Positions 34,282 through 44,572 of a stretch of 64,000 nt of DNA are shown piece by piece. A model generated the notes under the pieces. The model did no database searches. It was not told the origin of the DNA and worked only from the letters and a program-made list of their open reading frames with translations. The translations under genes were made by a program, and so were the position numbers. Source of the stretch: Acidimicrobiaceae bacterium (lineage in GTDB: Bacteria > Actinomycetota > Acidimicrobiia > Acidimicrobiales > Aldehydirespiratoraceae); the NCBI GenBank assembly GCA_028819005.1, contig JAPPMP010000024.1, positions 85,606 through 149,605 on the forward strand, in the 5' to 3' direction. Each line of letters starts with the position of its first letter. The stretch's first letter is position 1.

Positions 34282-36366
34282 GTGAGCGCCGTCCCTTACC
34301 TGGCCATGATCTCAGCAGTAGCCGGTCTGCTGTTGGCAGTTTTCTACTACAAGTCTGTCGAATCGGCGCCTCCGGGCAACGAGCGGATGGTGTTCTTGAT
34401 GAAGGAGATCCAAAAGGGCGCGCGCGCCTTCTTGAAACAGGAGTACACCTGGGTCTCCGTCTTCGTCTTGGCGATGATCGTCCTGCTGGCCATCGTCATC
34501 GACCCCCTGGCCTCGGTCAGCTACCTGATCGGCGCGGTGCTGTCCGCAACCGCCGGCTACGCAGGCATGACGGTGGCAACGATGGCCAACGCCCGTACCA
34601 CCGAAGCAGCCAAGGAAGGCCCTGCCAAGGCGCTTCCCATAGCCTTTCGCGGCGGCGCGGTCATGGGCTTCGCGGTCGCCGGCTTGGCTCTGCTGGGCCT
34701 CATGTTCACGTACTTGCTCTTCGTCGAATGGCTCGAGATCGACCAGGCGTTCGAAGTGGTCACCGCATACGGTCTCGGCGCCTCCTCGATCGCGTTGTTC
34801 TCCCGTGTCGGCGGCGGGATCTTCACCAAGGCCGCAGACGTCGGCGCAGACCTGGTCGGCAAAGTCGAAGCCGGGATTCCCGAGGACGACCCGCGCAATC
34901 CGGCCACAATCGCCGACAACGTCGGCGACAACGTCGGCGACGTGGCCGGGATGGGCGCCGACCTGTTCGAGTCCTACGTGGGTTCAATCATCGCCCCCGT
35001 AGCCCTCACGGCGTTCTCCGTAGCAGGCGGGCTCGCCGCCGCTGACGCCGGCCTCGACGACAACCTCGCCAAGCTCATGTTCCCCATGGCTGTCGCGCTC
35101 GTCGGCATGGTCGCCTCGATCATCGGCTCGTTCCTGGTCAAAGGCGGAAACAGCACCGACAGCAAGGCCCTCAGCCGGGCTCTGCACCGGGGAACCAATG
35201 TTGCTATGGGACTCACCGTTGTCGCCACCGTGGGCGTTGCCTACTGGATGTTCGGCGACGACCGCTACGACGCGCCCTACGGCCTCGCCGTCTCGGTGAT
35301 CGGAGGTCTCCTGGTGGGTTGGGCGCTGGGCAAGACAGCCGAGTACTACACCTCTGACCACTTCAGCCCGGTGAAGCGGATCGCGTCCCAGTCCGAGACG
35401 GGACCGGCCACCACGGTGCTGTCGGGAATCAGCGCGGGCATGGTGTCAGTGGCTTCATCTGTGGTGCTGGTGCTGATCGGCGTAGGCGTGGCGTACTGGG
35501 GCGGAGAGCAGACCCTGGACGACGGGGGAGGCGTCTACGGAATCGCCGTAGCCGCAATCGGAATGTTGGCGACCACTGGCGTGGTCGTGTCGGTCGACGC
35601 CTACGGGCCGATCGCCGACAACGCCGGCGGGATCGCCGAGATGGCTGAGCTCGACCCGTCGGTACGCGAGGTCACCGACGCGCTCGACTCGCTCGGCAAC
35701 ACCACCGCGGCTGTGGCCAAGGGATTCGCAGTGGGGTCCGCGGCGCTGACGGCCCTGGCGCTGTTCAAGAGCTTCGAGTTGGCCGTCATGCAGGAGGGCG
35801 CTTCACTGAGCCTCAACGTGGGCGAAGTGGACGTCTTCATCGGCCTGTTCCTCGGCGCCGGGCTGCCGTTCCTGTTCGCCGCTCTCACCATCGACGCGGT
35901 GGGCCGCGCGGCCGCAACCATGATTGAAGAGGTGCGCCGACAGTTCAGCGAGATTCCCGGGTTGCGCGAAGGCCGCGAGGGAGCGGTGCCCGACTCGGCG
36001 CGATGTGTGCAGATCTCCACCGACGCCTCGCTCAAGCAGATGCTCGTTCCCGGCGCCTTGGCGGTCGTTGTCCCCCTCGTCATCGGTTTCGTCGACGTCG
36101 ACACTCTGGGTGGACTCTTGGCGGGCGCCCTCGTCACAGGTTTCGCCCTCGCAATTTTCATGGCCAACGCGGGCGGGGCATGGGACAACGCCAAAAAATA
36201 CATCGAAGCGGGCGCCCACGGAGGCAAGGGAGGCGACCCCCACAAAGCCGCGGTCGTGGGCGATACCGTCGGGGATCCCTTCAAGGACACCTCCGGCCCG
36301 GCCATGAACATCCTGTTGAAGGTTATGACTATCGTTTCACTGGTATTCGCCGGCGCCTTCGTCTAG
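34282..36366 (+). CDS. hppA: Membrane-bound proton/cation-translocating pyrophosphatase
   Basis: 694 aa. GDNVGDNVGDVAGMGADLFESY and DNAKKYIE..GG.. signatures. SD AGGAGAA upstream. Confidence 0.95.
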   Translation: MSAVPYLAMISAVAGLLLAVFYYKSVESAPPGNERMVFLMKEIQKGARAFLKQEYTWVSVFVLAMIVLLAIVIDPLASVSYLIGAVLSATAGYAGMTVATMANARTTEAAKEGPAKALPIAFRGGAVMGFAVAGLALLGLMFTYLLFVEWLEIDQAFEVVTAYGLGASSIALFSRVGGGIFTKAADVGADLVGKVEAGIPEDDPRNPATIADNVGDNVGDVAGMGADLFESYVGSIIAPVALTAFSVAGGLAAADAGLDDNLAKLMFPMAVALVGMVASIIGSFLVKGGNSTDSKALSRALHRGTNVAMGLTVVATVGVAYWMFGDDRYDAPYGLAVSVIGGLLVGWALGKTAEYYTSDHFSPVKRIASQSETGPATTVLSGISAGMVSVASSVVLVLIGVGVAYWGGEQTLDDGGGVYGIAVAAIGMLATTGVVVSVDAYGPIADNAGGIAEMAELDPSVREVTDALDSLGNTTAAVAKGFAVGSAALTALALFKSFELAVMQEGASLSLNVGEVDVFIGLFLGAGLPFLFAALTIDAVGRAAATMIEEVRRQFSEIPGLREGREGAVPDSARCVQISTDASLKQMLVPGALAVVVPLVIGFVDVDTLGGLLAGALVTGFALAIFMANAGGAWDNAKKYIEAGAHGGKGGDPHKAAVVGDTVGDPFKDTSGPAMNILLKVMTIVSLVFAGAFV

Positions 36367-36410
36367 CACCCCGCTGGACGGGTCAGCCTGACGAGCACCA
36401 GGGCCCCACG

Positions 36411-37028
36411 ATGAGCACCCGGACAGCGCAACGGCACGACATCCGACTACGAATGCGCGAGACGCGCGCTGCGCTCGACTCCGAACAGCAGGCTTTTGCC
36501 GCCGCTGCTGTGGCGGCCAGCCTGGCCGCGGTCGAGATCCTGCAAGCAGCCGAGACCGTTGCCGGATACCGGGCAGTTCGGGGCGAGGTCGACGTCGACG
36601 AGGTTCTGCTGAAACTCATCGACAGAGGAGCGACAGTGACCGTGCCGAGGGTGGTCGACGACGATCTGGAGTTCGTCGAGTGGCTGCCGACGGCGCCCAC
36701 CGAGAAGGGAGCGTTCGGGATCTCAGAACCGGTTGAGGGCGATGTATTGGATCTGGCCCTTCACGATCTGGTGCTTGCGCCCCTGGTCGCTTTCGACCCC
36801 ATGGGCCACAGGCTCGGCTGGGGCGGAGGCTTCTATGACCGTTCGCTGGCTCGTCTCGGCGACAAGCGACCGGCCATTGTCGGAATCGCCCACGCATTCC
36901 AAGAAGTCGCAGAGATTCCAGCCGAGCCCTGGGACATCGCTGTAGACGCGGTGGTGACAGACACTAAAATGACAGTGTTCCGCCCCGGAGTCCTTCAGCG
37001 GAGCATCACAGCGATCCGTCCACCATAG
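36411..37028 (+). CDS. 5-formyltetrahydrofolate cyclo-ligase
   Basis: ORF 36003.. trimmed to ATG 36411. ..AGYRAVRGEVDVD.. and LGWGGGFYDRSL motifs. Confidence 0.8.
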   Translation: MSTRTAQRHDIRLRMRETRAALDSEQQAFAAAAVAASLAAVEILQAAETVAGYRAVRGEVDVDEVLLKLIDRGATVTVPRVVDDDLEFVEWLPTAPTEKGAFGISEPVEGDVLDLALHDLVLAPLVAFDPMGHRLGWGGGFYDRSLARLGDKRPAIVGIAHAFQEVAEIPAEPWDIAVDAVVTDTKMTVFRPGVLQRSITAIRPP

Positions 37029-37043
37029 GAGTAGACAAGCGTC

Positions 37044-38387
37044 GTGCATGTCATCGTGGTTGGAGTCGGCGAAGTCGGCTCTTATGTCGCTGATCGTCTC
37101 AGCCGGGAGGGCCATGACGTCGCCATCATCGACCTCAACCGAGAACGCCTCCGCCAACTCGATGAGGACCTGGATGTTCTGATCGTTGAAGGCAGCGGCA
37201 CCCATCCCGAGACGCTGCGGCGGGCTGGAGTCGAAGACGCCAACCTGGTTGTGGCGGTGACCAAGGACGACGCTGTGAACCTGCTGTGCTCACAGCTCTC
37301 GAAATTGTTCGGGGTCGAGAGGACGGTCGTGCGAATCGAGGCCTCAGCACTGCGCGGGAAGGACGCGGAAGCAATACGCGAACAATCCGGAGTCGATCTG
37401 GTCATCGACCCCGACTCCGAGGCGGCCGAGGATGTGCTGGAGCTCCTCGACTATCCCGGAGCTGACGAAGTGGCCTACATGGCTGGGGGAGAGGTACTGG
37501 TGGTCGGCGCCCGGCTGCCCGCACATTCGCCCCTCGTCGGTCGCTCGTTGAGCGACATCGGCGAGGAGTTCGAACCCGAATGGGACTTTGTGGTCGGTTC
37601 CATCGGACGGGACGAGGAGACCATCATTCCGCGTCGCAACCATCATCTCGAAGCCGGTGACCATCTGCGCTTGGCGTTGAAACGACGCGCCAGGCGGCTC
37701 GTGGTCGAACTGCTGGGGCTGGAACGCTCCACACTGCGTCGCGTGATGCTGCTCGGGGGCGGGCGCACCGCAGAAATCCTCGCTCAGCGGCTGGCAGACC
37801 GGGGAATCCATGTCGTCATCGTCGAGAGATCGGCGCCGCGGGCGCGGGCGCTTGCCGAGAACCTCGATGAAGCCGTGATCATCGAGGGCGACATAACCGA
37901 TGCAGATCTTCTCGAAGAGGCTGACGTCGGTCGTTTCGACATGGTTGTTGCCCTGACCGGCGAGGACGACGCCAACATCTTGGCGTGTCTCTATGCGAAA
38001 TCTAGCGGTGCCAAAGAGACCGTCGCTGTGGTCCACCGTCTGGCGCTGCTCAAATTGCTGGGAGACGTCGGCATCGATGTGGCCCTGTCGCCGAGGACCG
38101 CCACCGCGAACGGGGTTCTGAGGTTCGTTCGAGGCGATGTCGCCGCAGTTGCGACCTTTCTCCAGGGCGACGCCGAAGTGCTGGAACTCGAGGTCGCTGT
38201 CGGCAGCCCGGCCGACGGGGCGCTGGTCAAGGACTTGGGCCTTCCCAAAGACGTACTCATCGGGGCATTCGTCCGTGACGGCAAGGCCCAGATAGCGCGA
38301 GGCCGTTCGCGACTGCGAGGCCGAGACCATATTGTGGCCTTCGCCGTTCCCGTTGCCGTCGATGAGGTCCGACGAGTATTCGGGTGA
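37044..38387 (+). CDS. trkA: Trk system potassium uptake protein TrkA (two RCK-N/RCK-C units)
   Basis: 447 aa. VVGVGEVGSYVA and LLGGGRTAEILA Rossmann motifs. Confidence 0.9.
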   Translation: MHVIVVGVGEVGSYVADRLSREGHDVAIIDLNRERLRQLDEDLDVLIVEGSGTHPETLRRAGVEDANLVVAVTKDDAVNLLCSQLSKLFGVERTVVRIEASALRGKDAEAIREQSGVDLVIDPDSEAAEDVLELLDYPGADEVAYMAGGEVLVVGARLPAHSPLVGRSLSDIGEEFEPEWDFVVGSIGRDEETIIPRRNHHLEAGDHLRLALKRRARRLVVELLGLERSTLRRVMLLGGGRTAEILAQRLADRGIHVVIVERSAPRARALAENLDEAVIIEGDITDADLLEEADVGRFDMVVALTGEDDANILACLYAKSSGAKETVAVVHRLALLKLLGDVGIDVALSPRTATANGVLRFVRGDVAAVATFLQGDAEVLELEVAVGSPADGALVKDLGLPKDVLIGAFVRDGKAQIARGRSRLRGRDHIVAFAVPVAVDEVRRVFG

Positions 38388-39955
38388 AATCTCCGACCAG
38401 AACGTCGCGAACCCGACTACGGGCACTCGATCCCCGCAGGTCACGCGCCGACTCGCACATACTGCTGACGATCTGCGAGGGTCTGGCGGGTCTAGGGGCC
38501 GTCAGCGTCCTGTGCGCGATCGCGGGGTCTCTGGATGATGCGGGGGACAGTGTCGTTCTGGGCCTTGCCGGTGTGTTGCTGATCACGCTCGGCGCAGTAG
38601 CGCGAGTCAAGTTGAAGCGACGACGCCGACCCACGACCGCGGCGGTCCTGTCGGGCCTGGCCGCCACCTGGGTGGCGCTGGTCGTGGCAGCAACGGCGGT
38701 CTATCTGAGCAGCGGGGCGATCGGACGGGCCGACGATGCCCTGGTTGAGGCAGCCGCCGGTTTCAGCACGACGGCGCTGACAACATTGGACCCGAGCGAA
38801 CTGTCAGTGCCCATGAGCTTGTGGCGGGCTTGCACCCAATGGCTCGGCGGCCTTGTGGGGATTCTCATAGGAGTCGTAGCTCTGCCGATGGCGCTGCAGG
38901 GACAGCGCCTCACGCCGACTGAATGGAGCGATGACGACGCCACCTTCGCCCGCGGCAGAATCGCAAGGCGGCGCCAGGTGATGGCGATCTATCTGGGTCT
39001 CACCGCAGCGATCGGGGTCGCCTTCGCGGCCACGGGAATGGGCGCCGAAGACAGTGCCGTACATGCCTTGACGACGATTTCCACCGGTGGTTTCTCATCT
39101 ATGCCCGACTCCTTCGCAAGCTTCGGCGCAGGACCCGCGGCTGTCGCCACCGTGGGCATGATCATTGCCGGTTCGGGATACGCGATCATCTGGTGGGCGA
39201 TCAGAGGACGCCGCAGTGCTCTCACCCAGAGCATTGAGCTTCGCATCTACGGGGCAATACTGCTGTTCGGGACGCTGCTGGTCTGGTGGTGCGCTGACGG
39301 GCTGTCGTGGAACGACTCCCTGTTCACGACCGTGTCCGCCGCCAGCACAACCGGCTTTGCCGTAGCTGATTGGACAGCCCTTGACGACGCGGTGACGGCA
39401 CTGCTGCTGGTGATCATCGCCACCGGCTCGATGATCGGCTCGGCGGGCGCCGGGTTGGGCGTCAGTCGGGCGCGAATCCTTGTTGCTTTCGCTCGCCGCG
39501 AGCTCCGCCGTCAACTCGACCCCGGTTCTGTGGTCGTGCTCAAGACCGGCGGACAAGCCGTCGGTGATCCTGCGATCGAACGCATAACTGGCCACCAGAT
39601 CGCACACTTCGCGACCTGTGCGGGCGCCGCGGGACTGCTCGCGTCGGCCGGCGTGGACCTCCTCGGAGCGATCTACACAGGCGTGTCGGTGGTCTCGACC
39701 CACGGTCCGGGAATCGGTGTCGGCTCGTTCGGCAGCCTCGAGAACCTGAGTCGACCGGCCAGGCTGCTGCTCGTGCCGTTCATGTCAGCGGGACGGCTTT
39801 CGCTGGTTCCGTTGATGATCGGGATCGTCTGGATCGTGCATGCCCAGCAGGGGCTCAGGCGGGAGTTGCGGGCCCTCTGGCGGGTCTGGCCGGAACGTCT
39901 GGCGTCGTTCTCGCTGGCGGCGCGCAGAGCACTGTCTGGGCAGGGGAAAAAATGA
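38384..39955 (+). CDS. TrkH-family cation transporter (divergent first copy)
   Basis: 523 aa, multi-TM. ..TTISTGGFSS.., ..AASTTGFAV.., ..VVSTHGPGIG.. selectivity-loop-like segments. GTGA overlap with trkA. Confidence 0.72.
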   Translation: MKSPTRTSRTRLRALDPRRSRADSHILLTICEGLAGLGAVSVLCAIAGSLDDAGDSVVLGLAGVLLITLGAVARVKLKRRRRPTTAAVLSGLAATWVALVVAATAVYLSSGAIGRADDALVEAAAGFSTTALTTLDPSELSVPMSLWRACTQWLGGLVGILIGVVALPMALQGQRLTPTEWSDDDATFARGRIARRRQVMAIYLGLTAAIGVAFAATGMGAEDSAVHALTTISTGGFSSMPDSFASFGAGPAAVATVGMIIAGSGYAIIWWAIRGRRSALTQSIELRIYGAILLFGTLLVWWCADGLSWNDSLFTTVSAASTTGFAVADWTALDDAVTALLLVIIATGSMIGSAGAGLGVSRARILVAFARRELRRQLDPGSVVVLKTGGQAVGDPAIERITGHQIAHFATCAGAAGLLASAGVDLLGAIYTGVSVVSTHGPGIGVGSFGSLENLSRPARLLLVPFMSAGRLSLVPLMIGIVWIVHAQQGLRRELRALWRVWPERLASFSLAARRALSGQGKK

Positions 39956-41529
39956 GGGATCTGTTGCGAACCCGTGCCGTGAAGGCCCGACGAGCAACCA
40001 TGCTGCACGGTGAACCCGTCGGCCGCCCCAGCACAACCCTTCACGTCATGGGCCTGGCCCTGGTCTTCATCGCGTTGGGGATGGGCGGCTGCGCGCTGAT
40101 CGAATTGGCCTCCACCAACCGGGACAGCGGGGCTCTCGCGCTCGGCGCGCTGATATCAGGCAGTGTCGGAGTTCTGTTGTGGTGGCGCACCCGGGAAGGT
40201 TCAACCCGGAACCGCGACGTGTTCGCAGCCGTCGGCTGGACCTGGTTGACGATGACCCTCTTCGGAGCTGTGCCGTACCTGCTGGCGGGCACCTTCGCCA
40301 CGTCCGGTGTGGGCTTCGCGGAGCAGCTCGTGAACTCGATCTTCGAGTCGACTTCGGGGTTCACAACCACAGGCGCCACGGTTTTGGCCGATTTTGAACG
40401 ACCCGGACGCGGCTTGATGATGTACCGGCAGCTCAGCCAGTGGTACGGCGGGATGGGGATAGTGGTCCTGGCTGTCACAGTGCTGCCCTACCTGGGGGTC
40501 GGCGGCCTGGACCTGATATCAGCAGAGGCGCCCGGCCACTCCTCGGACCGGCTGGCCCCGCGTGTGTCAGAAACCGCCCGGCGGCTCTGGGCGATCTACG
40601 TCCTGTTCACCCTCGTCATCGCTGCGCTGCTGTTCCTGGCGCCGGGCCCGAGCCTCTACGACAGCCTGGCCCATGCGCTCACCACCGCCGCTACGGGAGG
40701 TTTCTCGCCCTATGCGAATTCAATCGGGCACTTCAACAGCGTCTTGGTAGAACTAGTGGTCATCGCGGGGATGTTGTACGGCGGCGTCAATTTCGCGCTT
40801 CATTGGCGCGCCGGGCGCGGCGACTTCGGCGCCTACCTTCGCGACCCCGAGTTCCGAACCTACGCGCTGATATTGACCAGCGCTGCCGCTGCGGTGATCG
40901 CGGTGCTGTGGCTCAGCGAGCCCCTCGGGGGGACCGATGCGATTCGGGCCGGTCTGTTCAACGTCGTCTCGTTCGGAACCAGCTCGGGTTTCGGCATCGC
41001 CACTGGTGCAGACTCGCCGGGCAACTACGTGCTGTGGGCTCCCGCAGCCCAGATGGTCATTCTGTTCCTGTTCGTCGTGGGAGCCTGCGCCGGTTCCACT
41101 TCCGGGGGCATGACGATCATGCGCATGCGCGTGTTGTTCGGTCATCTGATCCGCTCGGTCAGGCGTTCACAGCAGCCTCGGGCGGTAGTCGCGGTGAAGC
41201 ACGGAGGCGTGGCGGTGCCCGAGGACGTGGTGTCCCGCATGGCCGGCTTCTTTCTGTTCTATGTGCTTCTGATCTGCACTGGGACCGTCGCGCTGACCAT
41301 GCTGGGCGCAGAACTCGAGACTTCCATCGGGTCGATCTTCTCTATGTTGGGCAATATGGGTCCAGCGTTGGGAGAGGCAGGCCCAGCGAACTCCTATGCC
41401 GACGCCTTCAGCCAACCGGCTCGCCTGCTGTTGGCGATGTTCATGTTGATCGGGCGTCTGGAGATCTTTCCGATGCTGCTGATGTTCGCAGCTCCGTACC
41501 GGGCACTCAGCGACGCTCTGCGCCGCTGA
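39952..41529 (+). CDS. trkH: TrkH potassium uptake protein
   Basis: 525 aa. ..ESTSGFTTTGATV.., ..TTAATGGFSP.., ..FGTSSGFG.., ..MLGNMGPALG.. ATGA overlap with the upstream trkH-like gene. Confidence 0.88.
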   Translation: MRDLLRTRAVKARRATMLHGEPVGRPSTTLHVMGLALVFIALGMGGCALIELASTNRDSGALALGALISGSVGVLLWWRTREGSTRNRDVFAAVGWTWLTMTLFGAVPYLLAGTFATSGVGFAEQLVNSIFESTSGFTTTGATVLADFERPGRGLMMYRQLSQWYGGMGIVVLAVTVLPYLGVGGLDLISAEAPGHSSDRLAPRVSETARRLWAIYVLFTLVIAALLFLAPGPSLYDSLAHALTTAATGGFSPYANSIGHFNSVLVELVVIAGMLYGGVNFALHWRAGRGDFGAYLRDPEFRTYALILTSAAAAVIAVLWLSEPLGGTDAIRAGLFNVVSFGTSSGFGIATGADSPGNYVLWAPAAQMVILFLFVVGACAGSTSGGMTIMRMRVLFGHLIRSVRRSQQPRAVVAVKHGGVAVPEDVVSRMAGFFLFYVLLICTGTVALTMLGAELETSIGSIFSMLGNMGPALGEAGPANSYADAFSQPARLLLAMFMLIGRLEIFPMLLMFAAPYRALSDALRR

Positions 41530-41542
41530 CGGATCCGTGGCC

Positions 41543-42826
41543 CTAGCCGGCCAGAAGCTCTGTCAGCGCAGCCAGAAAATACCCGGGGTCATGGCTCCCC
41601 GCGGTTTCCGACGCTGAATGCATGGCTAGCTGCGCACACCCGGCGTCGATCACCGCAACCTGCAATTCGGCCGCTGTCAGGGGGCCGATGGTTGAGCCAC
41701 AGGCAAGGTCGCTCCGGTTGACGAACTTCTGCATCGGGGCGCCGGCGCGTTCGCAGGCCAGCGTGAACGCAGCGGCGCCCTGTGCATCGGTGGCATAACG
41801 CTGATTGGCGTTGAACTTGAGCACTGGACCGCGGTTGAGTCCGATCTGGTGGTTGGGTTCATGACGGTCGGGATAGTTCGGATGAGTCGCGTGAGACCCG
41901 TCGGCGGACAGAACCAAGCTGTCGAGCCGCGACCGATGCAGGTCTTCGAGGTCGCCGCCGAGCGCCGCGTTGAGACGTTTCAAGACGCCGCTGAGCATCG
42001 GCGAGGCGGCTCCTGTGCTGCTGACGCTGCCGACCTCTTCATGGTCGAACAAGCACAGGACTGGAATGCGGGGACCCGGGTCTGTTGCCAGCGCGAGCAG
42101 CGCGTCCAGTCCCAAGAAACACGACAACAGGTTGTCGATTCGAGACGACGTCAAAAAGCACTGGTCCAACCCGGTCAGCGCCGCGGGCGTGAGAGCGTGG
42201 GCCATCATGTCCCAACTCAACACATCGTCAGCGTCCACCGACAGGAGCTCCGCGAGATAGCCGCGAAACTCGCCCGCCTCGGGATCAAGGCCCCAGATCG
42301 GAACCAGGTGCCTCTGCGGATTGAGAACAAGACCGCTGTTTCGGATCTCTGAGTCGAGATGGATGGCGAGTTGAGGAATCCTCAGAAGCGGCCGGTTGTC
42401 GCGCACCAGCCGAGTGGCTGTTCGGTCGCCGTCTCGAATCACCACCCGACCGGCCAGGCCCAGGTCTCGATCGAGCCAGGAGTTGAGCAGTGCGCTGCCG
42501 TACACCTCAACGCCCAGTTGCCGCCAGGAGCCGGCGGCGGTGTCAGGTTGAGGTTTGATGCGCAGGTTGGGACTGTCGCTGTGAGCGGCTACCACCCGCA
42601 CTCCAGTCGCTGCGTTGTGACGCTCTCCCACAACCCAAGCGACCAGAGCCCCGCCTTGACGAACGTACTGGCGACCGGGAGCGATCGGTGCTTGATCTGC
42701 TTCGAGTTCAACGAACCCCGCTGCGGTCAGTTCTTGAGATGCCGTCTGCACTGCATGGAACGGGGTCGGGGATGCGTCGAGCAGGGACATGACTCTGCGG
42801 GCGACAGAAAGATCCGGTATTTCCAT
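41543..42826 (-). CDS. M18 family (aspartyl) aminopeptidase
   Basis: ORF 41543..42847. ATG 42826 is preferred. SPTPFHAV and AAHSDSPNLRIKP motifs. Confidence 0.85.
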   Translation of the reverse strand: MEIPDLSVARRVMSLLDASPTPFHAVQTASQELTAAGFVELEADQAPIAPGRQYVRQGGALVAWVVGERHNAATGVRVVAAHSDSPNLRIKPQPDTAAGSWRQLGVEVYGSALLNSWLDRDLGLAGRVVIRDGDRTATRLVRDNRPLLRIPQLAIHLDSEIRNSGLVLNPQRHLVPIWGLDPEAGEFRGYLAELLSVDADDVLSWDMMAHALTPAALTGLDQCFLTSSRIDNLLSCFLGLDALLALATDPGPRIPVLCLFDHEEVGSVSSTGAASPMLSGVLKRLNAALGGDLEDLHRSRLDSLVLSADGSHATHPNYPDRHEPNHQIGLNRGPVLKFNANQRYATDAQGAAAFTLACERAGAPMQKFVNRSDLACGSTIGPLTAAELQVAVIDAGCAQLAMHSASETAGSHDPGYFLAALTELLAG

Positions 42827-43067
42827 GCCCCCATACTGTCGCCACATTGGGGAAAAGGGGCGTTTCCGGCGACCCCTCCAGCGCGTTTCTGTTGCGTGTT
42901 GCGAGGTTCCCCCCTTTGGCCGGTCGCCTCGATCAGGGGGTAGCCGTGGGTGGCGTCGGAGGGGCCCGTCACCCCGATTTCAGAACGGACTCATGGGCGT
43001 TCTCGCTGCCGGTTGCCTGCGACCCGCTCCCCGCGAAGTCTTGACACGCCATGGCGGCCCCTGCGTG

Positions 43068-43835
43068 TCAGGCGCCGACGACGTGGAAGCCGCCGTCGAC
43101 ATGGATTATCGAACCGGTGGTCGAGCGGAACCAGTCTGACAGCAAAGCGACAGTCGTCTCCGCTACCGCGCTCGAATCTCCCACATCCCAGCCGAGCGGC
43201 GCACGGTCGTCCCACACCCCTTCGAAAGCCGAGAATCCGGGGATTGATTTGGCGGCCATCGTCCGAATCGGTCCTGCGGCCACCAGATTGCAGCGGATCT
43301 GAGACGGCCCGAGTTCACGGGCGAGATATCGATTCGTGGACTCGAGGGCGGCTTTGGCGACTCCCATCCAGTTGTAGGCCGTCCAAGTGACGGTTGCGTC
43401 GAAGTCGAGCGCGACGATCGAGCCCCCGTTGGCCATGAGCGGCGCCACGGCATCAGCCAGCAGCTTCAGCGAATAGGCCGAGATCTCGATCGCGACCTTC
43501 ACGTCATCCCAAGCAGCCCCCATGAAGTCCTCGCCCAGGCAGGCTTCGGGTGCGAAGCCGATGGCATGCAGGGCGCCGTCCACACGGCCCCATTTCGCCT
43601 CGAGTGCTTCGCGCAGGCTCTGTGCATGGGCGGGCTCGGTCACGTCAAACTCGAGGACTTCGGCCTCGGCCGGCAATTTGCGGGCGGTTCGCTGGGTCAG
43701 GCGCAAGCCGCGTCCGGCGCCGGTGAGCACGATCTCGGCGCCCTCCTGCTGGGCTCGGGTCGCCACTCCGAACGCCAACGACGCGTCGGTGAGGACGCCC
43801 GTCACCACTATTCGTTTTCCGTCGAGAAGACCCAC
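43068..43835 (-). CDS. inhA: NADH-dependent enoyl-ACP reductase, InhA type
   Basis: ORF 43068..43892 trimmed to GTG 43835, preceded by AAGGGAGA. VGLLDGKRIVVTGV...YNWMGVAKAALES...VAAGPIRT is collinear with mycobacterial InhA as I recall it. Confidence 0.9.
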   Translation of the reverse strand: MGLLDGKRIVVTGVLTDASLAFGVATRAQQEGAEIVLTGAGRGLRLTQRTARKLPAEAEVLEFDVTEPAHAQSLREALEAKWGRVDGALHAIGFAPEACLGEDFMGAAWDDVKVAIEISAYSLKLLADAVAPLMANGGSIVALDFDATVTWTAYNWMGVAKAALESTNRYLARELGPSQIRCNLVAAGPIRTMAAKSIPGFSAFEGVWDDRAPLGWDVGDSSAVAETTVALLSDWFRSTTGSIIHVDGGFHVVGA

Positions 43836-43886
43836 GATTCTCCCTTGCTGTGCTGGAGTCTGCACCGACACCGTACCCTCACTGTG

Positions 43887-44555
43887 ATGCACATCGGATT
43901 ACTCGGCGCCACAGGCCCCGCTGGGACGGCGTTGGCGGCGCGACTGGCGTCGGTTGGGCATGAGGTCACCATCGGGTCCCGTTCCAAGTATCGCGCCATG
44001 GAAGTGCGAGATTCGATCGTCGAGAAATGGCCGCGCGCGGAACTGCGCATCGACAGCGCCGACAACCTCGGAGCGGCGCAGGGGGAAGTGGTGGTGATAG
44101 CCACGCCGTGGAACGCTGCCGCTGAAACTGCTCACAGTGTGCGCCCGAAACTCCGCGGCAAGGTGGTCGTCTGCATGAGCAACGCGCTTTCGAGGGTCGG
44201 CCGTGAATTCCAGCCGCTGGTGCCGCCTCGCGGATCAGTGAGCGCCGGCGTCCAAGCCGAACTGCGCGACTCCTACGTTGCTGCCGCTTTTCACCATGTG
44301 CCCGCAACCGAGCTCGGCCGCATCGACTGCCCGGTCGTGTCCGACATCCTGATCTGTTCGGACCACCAGCGCGCAACCGCCACGATCTCTGATCTCTGCT
44401 CCCAGATCCCCGGTATGCGTCCCCTCGACGCAGGCGAATTGTCCAACGCCACGGCGATCGAGGCGTTCACCGCGGTGCTGCTGCAGCTGAACGTTCGCTA
44501 CCAGACCCGGGTCGCGTTGCAACTCGCGGGCATCAACGATGATCCCCGCGCCTAG
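43887..44555 (+). CDS. NADPH-dependent F420 reductase family (NpdG-like) oxidoreductase
   Basis: ORF 43566.. trimmed to ATG 43887. MHIGLLGATGPAGTALAARLASVGHEVTIGSR Rossmann N-terminus. Confidence 0.72.
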   Translation: MHIGLLGATGPAGTALAARLASVGHEVTIGSRSKYRAMEVRDSIVEKWPRAELRIDSADNLGAAQGEVVVIATPWNAAAETAHSVRPKLRGKVVVCMSNALSRVGREFQPLVPPRGSVSAGVQAELRDSYVAAAFHHVPATELGRIDCPVVSDILICSDHQRATATISDLCSQIPGMRPLDAGELSNATAIEAFTAVLLQLNVRYQTRVALQLAGINDDPRA

Positions 44556-44572
44556 CATTCGTTGAGCGCCCC

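Noticed and set aside
36003-36410. Long N-terminal extensions of track ORFs (36003.., 43566.., 51212.., 51769.., 57733.., 31025, 18691.., 32958.., 27401..)
   Set aside because: The upstream parts overlap the preceding well-supported gene or lack homology-like sequence. Internal starts next to the upstream stop or an SD give canonical N-termini.
42848-43067. 6C-type or other small RNA in the 220-bp peptidase/inhA spacer (C-rich runs acccctcc and ttcccccctttgg)
   Set aside because: The C-runs are not presented in two matched hairpin loops as in 6C RNA. No convincing terminator is present, and this cannot be supported by eye.
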